DNA from: Eledone cirrhosa
Lineage: Eukaryota
DNA length: 64,000 nucleotides
Reading direction: 5' to 3'
Assembly (NCBI GenBank): GCA_964016885.1
Contig: OZ024743.1
Span: 229,710,001-229,774,000, forward strand
The notes beneath the pieces are model-generated. The model was not told the origin of the DNA. It saw only the letters and a program-made list of their open reading frames with translations, and ran no database searches. This document shows, one piece after another, positions 53,967 through 64,000 of the stretch. Position 1 is the stretch's first letter; each line of letters starts with the position of its first letter. The translations under genes were made by a program, and so were the position numbers.

Positions 53967-55084
53967 CATATATATACAATCAAAAAATATTATTAAAATA
54001 TATGTTATTATTACATAACCATATATAAATTTATTATTGATCATCAACCAACAATTAATTATTAATTTTTCAATTAATTAACAATAAAAATTATAAGAAA
54101 TAATAAAAAAAATTAAAAATTTTTATGTTTAAAATATATGTTTAAAATATAGGAATGTTTCTAAACCCATGGAAATTCAGAGGTTTTTCCGAAGAAAAAA
54201 CTCTTCTTAGTAATAGCAATACAGCGTGAGGAAAATTAATTGATTTATTTGTAATTTAGATAGCTCTAAGGATTAAATGTTATAAATGTTAAGATGATAA
54301 AAAAGTTAAGATTATAAGAAAACCTTATATTATTTTATAGTAAGTTATAATTTCATAAATTTTATATATTTTATAAATCCACCTGTTATACAGTTGTGAC
54401 TGTTAAAATATAAGTTTGTTTACTATAACGTCTTAATCCTTAAAGTTTTTCATAAGAATATATCTAAAGCATAAACCGTAAAAAAACCTCTTATACGAGT
54501 TCATTCATAGAATGTATTCAAATTATACATTTCGATATATATACACACATACATACACAGACATACATACATGTATACATATACACATATACACACATAT
54601 ATATATATATACATACATATACACACATATATATACATATATACATATATATATTTAAATACAAAATACATAATATAAAATAAAATATGAGTTATAATTT
54701 TAAAAAGGATTATAATTTTAAAAGGAATTACATTTAAAAAAAATATAATTATACAATTTTAAAAGGAATTATATTTATAAGCAATATAATTTTTAAGCAA
54801 TATAATTTTAAAATATATATAAGAATACATTGAAAAAACACAGTATAAAATATGAATTATAATTTTTTATATCCATCAGAGGAATTAACAAAAAATCCTT
54901 TTTTTTTATAACCTTTCAGCATGTTTATCTTCATTTTTTATACCCATTTTTTTAAAAACGTTCAGTATGCTTATCTAGAAGAATTTTCAATGAAAAATTT
55001 TTAAGGAAAATTTTTTTCCTCATTTTGGCATCCTATGAAGGAATCTAATGATTTATCGATAGATTTAATAAGATGAGTTATATA

Positions 55085-55720
55085 TTACATTTTAAATTTA
55101 TATTTAAACGTTGAATTTAATCTATGTGTGCAGCAACTGAAAAGATTGTTCCTTAAATTCACAGAATTTTTGCTTTTTAATATAAAGAATATTTCCTCTA
55201 TACAAAGAGCACAATTTTCAGAAGAAGCATTAAATGGAGGAACTTTGGAGATAATATTCCAAAGTAAAGAATAGTTAATGTTCTTTAATTTTAGGTCCCA
55301 TAGTAAACTAAATAGAGAAGTTGAAGATTTTTAATTTATATTCGTAAAATAGCATTTATGGTTATTAAAACGAGTTTTAAAGCCTGTGGAAGTAGAACTT
55401 ACATAATTAAATGAATTTAAATTATTTTTTACATTACAATTATATACTATATTTTTAGCTAAACAATTGTTATTTAACGGACAGTTAGATTTATTTCTAC
55501 AGTTACATTTATCAAAATTCAAGTTACTAGGAGCCGTATTATTAAATTGGATATTGCTGGGGTTGTTAATGGTATTCTGGTTAGGTTTTAAGTTTCTATT
55601 ATTAATTCTATTAATATTCAGCGCTAAATTACTGGTGGTTGAATAAGTTAATTTTATAGTATGTCTATTAAATATTGAGTAATATCTATGTGTTCTAGGG
55701 AAGCATTTGTCAAGAGCTTT
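55085..55720 (-). pseudogene. Penelope-type linker plus GIY-YIG endonuclease fragment
   Basis: KALDKCFPRTHRYYSIFNRHTIKLTYS...KCNCRNKSNCPLNNNCL...IVY...NYVS...FKTRFNNHK...*...LLWDLK...CALCIEE...SCCTHR. One in-frame stop at 55331; YIG altered to YVS. Confidence 0.85.
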
Positions 55721-55895
55721 TTTTCCCTATTCCAACGGCTTAATTTAAATGTACGGGATTTAAACCTCTCCGACACTAATTTGCATAATAGACCAATAAT
55801 AAAATTAGTAACTCCACTATCCGGGAGCTTCCAACCGACATGGTCGCAATCTTTAAAATTATGTCAATATTTGTTTATAAAACTGATCTATATTA

Positions 55896-55960
55896 TATTT
55901 TATCTGATGAAAGCGCACCGTAATTTGCTCTGGTGTCCTTGAAATATGTATAATGAAATA
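55896..55960 (+). ncRNA. Minimal type I hammerhead ribozyme (family A)
   Basis: tattttat-CTGATGA-aagcgcacc...ggtgtcctt-GAAA-tatgta-TA-atgaaata. Confidence 0.8.
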
Positions 55961-55998
55961 AATATGGTTTTATAAATATAGTTTCCATTTGTTAATAT

Positions 55999-56528
<530 letters not shown>

Positions 56529-56759
56529 CGAGAGAGAGATTAGCAATAACATAAAAGCAATGACAAAAACCCTGTTATGTTACCTTAGAAATATTCAATT
56601 AGCTCTTGTATGCTGGGCAATATTCCCTTCTTCTTCTTCTTCTTCTTCTTCTTCTTCTTCTTCTTCTTCTTCTTCTTCTTCTTCTTCTTCTTCTTCTTCT
56701 TCTCCTCCTCCTCCTCCTCCTTCTTCTTCTTCTTCTTCTTTTTCTTCTACTCCTCCCCC

Positions 56760-56794
<35 letters not shown>

Positions 56795-57721
56795 CTCCTC
56801 CTCCTTCATCTTCTTCTTCTTCTTCTTCTTCTTCTTCTTCTTCTTCTCTGTCACCCATCATTATGATAAACATGACTATGATCATGAGTATAATCATTAT
56901 CAGTCTTATGTTTCTACTTCTCCTCATATTGATCTGCATCCAAGTCATCACAACCACCATCACCATCTCCTATACTACCACGCCTCTCTTGGTGACATTG
57001 TCATTAGTTTTCATGTCCACGCTTTTCCTGTCGGTATAATGCTTACTATTTTGTGTTCTGTTCTGTTTTCTATATTCCTTCGTCACATTGCCAATGGGCT
57101 TTAGTGTCACCAAGGAAAGACAACCCATAACCTCACTACACAAACTCACTAAGATCCCAAACACACACTGACTAACATAGGTTTTACACACAGATACATA
57201 CACCCAAACACACATTCACACACAAATATTCAACTCTATACAGCTATTTACACACACACACACAAATACACAGATATATACACATGTACACACGACTAAT
57301 GAGTTTATGAGAAACATTCACACATTATACACGCCCATACACTTATTCAATCCTTACACACACAAATAAAATATACATACACGCACACAACATACACGTA
57401 TACAGCCTACTAAACCATTCACACACACAAAAATACACGCATACATATACGTATGTACATCACACTCATACATACATATTCGTACACGTAAAAATGTACT
57501 CGCACACATACGTACGCATTAGGTGAATTTAGTATTGGAAATCTGTGTGATCGAACGAATGAGGTCGATGGAGTTAAAATGATAGAAAACAGCGTCAGCA
57601 GCAACACCATCATCACCACCATCATTATTTACATGGTCATCAATATCGTGATAACCAGCACCACCATCATCATCAGTAGCAGCAGCAGCAGTAGCAGCAG
57701 CAGCAGCCGTAGTCGTCGTCT

Positions 57722-57799
<78 letters not shown>

Positions 57800-57865
57800 T
57801 AGTAGAATTATTATTACTGTTGTTACTACTACTACTAGTACTACTACTACTATTACTACTACTAG

Positions 57866-57915
<50 letters not shown>

Positions 57916-57950
57916 TATTATTATTATTATCATTATTATTATTATTATTA

Positions 57951-58019
57951 TGGGGTCGATAAAATAAAGTACCAGTAATACACTGGATAAATGCTGGCCT
58001 TGTGCCAAAAGTTGAATCA

Positions 58020-58070
<51 letters not shown>
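57951..58070 (+). mobile_element. 3' fragment of the SINE with (ATT)n tail
   Basis: ggggtcgataaaataaagtaccagtaatacactgg...ggccttgtgccaaaag followed by (att)n. Confidence 0.75.
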
Positions 58071-58486
58071 GTTATCAGGTTTTACTACTATTAGTCGCAG
58101 TAATTTAGTTGTAACTCTTAGTATGCCTCTGGTGTGTTCCACGTCGCTTGATTCCAATTAATCTCACAACTGCTGTGGGACTGTCTGTTACAAAAGGACG
58201 GAACCGAACCACTGTCATATTTTGTCCCAAGAGTCCTCTCCCCTTCCTTTCCATCAAATACGTTACACGGCTAAAAACGTAAAAGTTTCAGCAGCCTCTC
58301 CAACGACCGACCGACTGAAGAAGCTCCAGTTGACAGAATCTGGCGTCTAGACCTGAAATAAAATTGGTGCTAACATTTTTAGGACATGGATACAATTAAC
58401 CTTTGATACATTATGTCCACAGACATATCTGTCCGAATTCGTTAATACACGTGCACGCATACATACACACCCTATATATTTCTCTC

Positions 58487-58593
<107 letters not shown>

Positions 58594-58608
58594 TGTGTGT
58601 ATGTATTG

Positions 58609-58642
<34 letters not shown>

Positions 58643-60654
58643 AAAAACACCCTTTACAAACTTACGAGACGTTTGAACCGAAGGGCGATATGCGGAATGT
58701 TTGATAATAATGAGCACTTTGATAAAATTGATGATGATAATGACAGAAATAACGATGATGATGGTGATCATCACCATCATCATAAAGAAGGTAACAATTC
58801 GGATTAGGATGATAGCAGCTATAGAGAAAGAAACAGCAACAGCAACAACAACACATAAAATGGCTACCGTGCTAGCGGAAGCAGGTGTCATTTTGTCTAT
58901 TGGGAGATATGTCTGGTGTTAATTTGCGTGATGGTGACGAGGTGCTGGTGTTGCTAGTATTGGTGTTTGTGTCATTTCCGTAAATCTGACACGACCGACC
59001 CAGATGACCGCTGATTCTGAGAAGTATACCATAGACAAGATGACTGACTGAATGACATCCTACGATAAATGTAACAAATTCTGGATTTACTGCTGCTACT
59101 GCTGGTGGTATTATGGTGGTAATGATGATGGCAGTTGTAGTATTGACGATGGTGATGGTTGTGTTGATAGAAATAATTGGGGTGGTTGTATGGTTATAAC
59201 GATTTCGTGCTAGAAGTGGTAGTATCGATGGTTACAGTAGTGGTTGTGTTGGATATAGTGGTGGTAATCGGGATTTTTTTAATGATGTTTGTGATGTTTT
59301 TCGTAGTGAGGAACCCCTGGCTATAATGATTGCGATAATTGTTTCTGCGGTAATGGTTTTGTAGTAGCAGAGCTGGTATTGTTGTCAGCAGTTGAGGTGA
59401 TATGCGTTTTTGGAAGACGCTTGATGTGTTCGGGTATGAGATAATGATAGTTGTCACTGTGGGAGTGATGCTGGTGTTTGAAAGTACTGGTTCTTAATAA
59501 TGCTGGTACTGGCTGCCTGGGATGATGATAAATGTAATGGAATAAATGGTGTTAGTGTTGGTGGCAGTATTAATAGTATTTGCGTTAATATGTTGGTGGT
59601 TGTGGTGTTTATTCTGATGAAGTTGGTGATCGTGATATTTTTCAGGATGGTATTAGTAGTGATGGTTAGGTGGTAACAATACTGGTAGTGGTTGTAGTTG
59701 TGAGGATTAATGAGGAAGATAGTGGTAGTAGTCGTGGTGGTTGTGTTGCTTGTGTTAATGGTAGAGGTGATATTAATGGTGATGGTGAAGGTAGTGGCAG
59801 TAGTAATGTTGTGGTGGTGACAGGATCACGAAACCTCACAGCAGAACTAATTACTCTGGCACAACCCCTCAGTCACCCCGCTATAACTCCATTACCCACC
59901 TACTATCTTGTTATTCCCAAGACAACACTTGCACACCAACTTTTACTTCGCAGCATCGCCCCAAGTTCTGACGAGAGATCGTCTATGTCGTCAATCAAAC
60001 TGCTAGAAACAAGAGCCAAATCTCCCTCAAACATTCCATGCCTTACCAAAAACAGACATAAGGAATAACACTGTTTATAAGTGAAGGTTTGAAGTATCTT
60101 TGGTCGTATTGTCAATAATATCATTTTGGCTTTCATAACGTTAATCGTATGGGGAGGGGGGGGGGGATTTTTAATGGTGTTTTGATGAAAATTCTCGACA
60201 AGGAGGTTACATTTTAAAATAGAAGGTTCCAAATTCATAGCAAACCCGCCAGTAGCGTTTAACTATACTCTCCTGTGTCTCTTACCTGTAGGTACATGAT
60301 CTCGTGCCAACATGATACGTACAATATCAACTCGATATATAAGAACTACCGAGAGCTCGTCTGGTTGGTCAAGTGCATTTGTCGACTCATCCATTTACAA
60401 CCAAATTCTTATATATATTTTTACATACATTTTTTACATATATTTTTACATACACACAATCATGCTTACATACATGAAAGGCTTGTTCAGTTTCGCCAAC
60501 TGAATTCCAGTCAATAGCCATAGTTCAACCTGACGCTATAGTAAAGGCCATTGGCTTATAGCGCCGAGCTGTTCAATTAAATCCGGAATTAAATGTTTGC
60601 GGAGCAAGATACTTAACCCAGCAGTCATGTTTTATCACAATCGTTATTGGTTTC

Positions 60655-60860
60655 AGATTTAGGTATAAAGCCAACAATTTCGCAGAGGGTAAAGTCGATA
60701 AATCAACTCCAGTGCATTACTGGTACTTTATTTTATCGACCTCGTAAGGATGAAAGCCAAAGCTAGCCTCGGCAGGATTCGAACTCAGATCGTAAAGGGA
60801 CGTAACACTATGCCATAAAGCATGTTGTCGGACGCCCTACCATTACGCCAATCCACTACA
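60655..60860 (-). mobile_element. Near-full-length copy of the tRNA-derived SINE
   Basis: Reverse complement of the units at 52447-53066. Confidence 0.8.
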
Positions 60861-61524
60861 TCAATATTGCTGAATATATATAATAGTTTCATTTTTTGGC
60901 CACAAGGGCCGTGCTGTATACCTATAATAAATACACCTATTTACCATATTGTTAAATACTGTACCATCTCAAATCAAAACATTTTACCAGCGTGGGCTGA
61001 TTATATTGTGAAGGCCCATAAGTTAATGATAATGTTGTTTGGTTCATAAGCATATGACAGTGAGTTCAACTCCTCTCAGCATATTTATTCATGGAGAAAA
61101 TACTTTATTTCACTTTGCTCCCGGCCAATCAGCTAGCAAAACTTAGTTGTACTTGTAATTCACACGGCTAGCCTTGTTCTACCTACAGTGTGTCAGAATG
61201 ATTCTTTTTGACAAATGTGTTAAAGGTGCACATGTCAGTTACTACACAGTCACTATCAATCATGTTTATATTAGCAACTATTAATATGAAATTTTTCATG
61301 AATTACTAGAAATAATAATTTATTTCGTGCTAATGTAATACTTTCTACTAACATTCACATAATACTTCACACACACGTGCACTCATGCAAACTAAAACAC
61401 AGCTACCGTAACACTCCATAACCCATTCATATTCCAACAGCACATACAAATACATACACACACACACACATATACACACACGCACCCACACGCACACACA
61501 CACATATATATATATATAATGAAC

Positions 61525-61975
61525 ATGTCTGGGCTATCTCCTCTCTTCAAATCTTTTATAGCATGAGATATCTCGCTAGTTAAGATAGTTGGAATGACAT
61601 CTGATATCGAATCATGAATGGTTGTTGGTTCTGAGTTGCTGAAGTACAGTTTCTCATAGAATTAAGCCCAGTGTTCAAGGATATCATCTTTGGAAGTAAG
61701 GATATTATCGTTTGAATCTTTAATGCCCCAGCTAAGATTTCTTGGTTTAGTGTTCAGTTCCTTCAGAGCAGCATGATATAACCTGTTGGGTTTAGGTTAT
61801 TCAGCTCCTCAATGTTGTTGTACATTTGCTTAAGTTTGTCTTATTTAACGAGCGTTTTTTTATTCACCCTTTGCTATTCTATATTGGGCGGATTTGTGAC
61901 CGTATTCTATTCTGATTCTGTTTTATAGATATTGCTTTGTTTGTTTGTTGTGACATCCACTGTAGGATGGAAAGG
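61525..61975 (-). pseudogene. Inverted 5' segment of a LINE ORF (pre-RT region)
   Basis: Minus strand reads QWMSQQTNKAI...LKELNTKPRNLSWGIKDSNDNILTSKDDILEHWA*FYEKLY...IPTILTSEISHAIKDLKRGDSPD. Confidence 0.75.
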
Positions 61976-61979
61976 CTTT

Positions 61980-63320
61980 CCTTAGGAAAAGGCACAGACA
62001 TGTTCAAGAAAGCATTGATAGTTGTACGCTACAAAAAAAAATGAAGCAGACTTGATTGTGGGAACTATCGTCCTATCAGCCTATTGAGTCATCTTTACAA
62101 GCTTTTCGTGAATATCATTGCAGCATGAGTGAAGTCAGACCTTTACGACTCATTTCCTGAAACACAAGCTGCACACCAACCTGGAAGAGTCACCATTCAG
62201 TAGATCCTAACTATTGAACAAACCATTGAGAAATCAATAGAACTCAGCAACCCTGTGCACATCACCTTCATTGACTTCACAAAAGCTTTTGGCAACGTGA
62301 ATCTACCCAGCTTATGGCAACGCTTAAACAAAACCTCAATTAACAAGAAATACATCAACCTACTGAAAGAAACTTAAACTAACGCAACAGCATATATCAA
62401 CACAGATTTGGAAACAACATGTTGTATAGACATGTTGAAGAGAGTTAAGCAGGGGAATGTACTATCAGCCCTTCTTTTTTGTATAGTTATAGCTGCACTT
62501 ATATACCAAACTGAAGAAGAATGCTCCTCCGGCTATCAAATAGGACGTCAAATCCTATCAAATCTTAGCTATACAGTCGATATGGCCATCAGGAGTTACT
62601 CTGGAACTGATCTGCAAAACATTCTGAATGTACTGTCCAAACATGCACTAGAGGCTGGCTTACACATCAACATCTCTAAAGTGAAGTTTATGACAACTGA
62701 TAAAAACAATACCAATCTTCAACCCACAATCTCCAATCAGCAAATTGCTCAAGTTACGAAGTTTGTATATCTCGGTCACAACTATCATCAAACAAGAATG
62801 GAATTGTAGCTGTGCAGTAACCGCACCGCTTTAGGTTGGGCAGCCTTCAACAAGAACAAGGAAGTACTAACATCAAACTGAGTTTCCTATCATTTGAAGG
62901 CTAATATATTCGATACTTACATCCTAGCAGTTGTGTTACGGTCTTGATTGTGGTAATTGGACGACAAGGTCACTTCAGAAACTCTCTACATTCCAGAACC
63001 ACATCATGAGACTTATGACTGGCAAGCGGCTCAGCGACCGTATCAGTGAGCTGCTCAACATCACCAGGCTTACATCAATCACATCTGTTATCGTGTCAAG
63101 AGTGCTTAGACTGTATGGTCATATCAAAAGAGAAACTCGTGATGTGAGTAAGTTATGCCTAGAAGGAGCTTTGGCTGGTGAGTAAAGCAGTTTGGGAGCC
63201 AAAACGATGGCGTGATAATGTCAACTTATGGACTGGATTTGACCTTTGCTCTCTAAACTCTACTGTTAGTGATCGAACTTTGATCATGTTGATGCGCAGT
63301 CTGAAACTGGTGGGGTTAGC
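61980..63320 (+). pseudogene. RTE-like LINE reverse transcriptase, degenerate
   Basis: CGNYRPISLLSHLYKLF...FIDFTKAF...VKQGNVLSALLF...LSYTVD...FVYLGH...LRLYGHIKR, with several stops and frameshifts. Confidence 0.9.
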
Positions 63321-63349
63321 ATCTAGAGAGAGATACAATGAAAATATAG

Positions 63350-64000
63350 GTATATAAAAGTATATCGACTTGTTGCTCTATAACCCACAATGTAAAGGCA
63401 CTAACATTTCCGAAAGAGAGGGAGCTTACAAGATATTGTTATTGGTACAACAATGTAGATACCTTGTACTAAACACATTTAGAATATACAATCAGTTAGA
63501 ACAATGAAATGTTATTTACTCTATATTAGCAATACAGAGTTCTAATACATGCCTATATGTCGCTGTTTCTGCCTCCAAAGAATCATAATAATCATCACAA
63601 TTTAATGGATAATTACCGCTGTAAGATACGAACTTTTATCAGTGGGCCAATCTTAATCAACCAAACAATTAATTAATTAATTAATTAAATAATTAATTGA
63701 TTAAGTAAATATACAAAACAGCAACTCTCCATGATTATGTCTGAGACAGGACCCTAACTCATGTTGCAAGCTGGGTGACATGGCACGAACTACTACAGTC
63801 TTGAACGGTGGAAGACAGTGCCGAATGCTAGATATAGCTACACAACGGCTGTGAAGATCTCAACCTATTTATTTCAACATGGGAGTGAATATAATGGAAA
63901 TATCAGTATATAAAAATCTATATCGACTTGTCGACCAATAATTCCTCTATGTAAAAGTGTTCATAGTTATAGAAACACATGAGATATTGTTATTGGTACG
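63350..64000. repeat. Diverged ~100-bp direct repeats (63350-63450 and 63905-64000)
   Basis: tatatcgacttgt...atgtaaa...agatattgttattggtac occurs in both. Confidence 0.6.

Noticed and set aside
58305-58370. CTGAAGA...GAAA spacing and a strong minus-strand splice acceptor
   Set aside because: Stem I does not close; all three frames stop quickly and there is no clear donor

Overview
AT-rich eukaryotic non-coding DNA dense in (TA)n, (CA)n, (GA)n and trinucleotide microsatellites. The SINE families and repeat landscape suggest an octopod cephalopod (inference). No host protein-coding gene can be firmly supported; almost all long ORFs in the track are simple-repeat artefacts. Recognisable coding remnants are all mobile: a decayed Chapaev3-like DNA transposon (23453-25432), two Penelope-like (PLE) GIY-YIG endonuclease fragments each capped by an inverted copy of its own 3' end, and four RTE-like LINE fragments, one with a 5' inversion. 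There are four non-autonomous Helitrons (two with empty paralogous sites in the window), a hAT MITE, tRNA-derived SINEs and 45-, 88-, 99- and ~134-bp tandem arrays. The most striking signal, invisible in the ORF track, is about eight complete minimal type I hammerhead-ribozyme topologies from about five sequence families, plus degenerate and half copies. They sit mostly in short modules abutting (TA)n arrays, in tandem and inverted arrangements. Three families share an upstream G(G/A)TATGTCA motif, two palindromes fold back at a hammerhead stem II, and two ribozymes carry DNA-transposon insertions at the cleavage site. All folds were read by eye; activity is untested.
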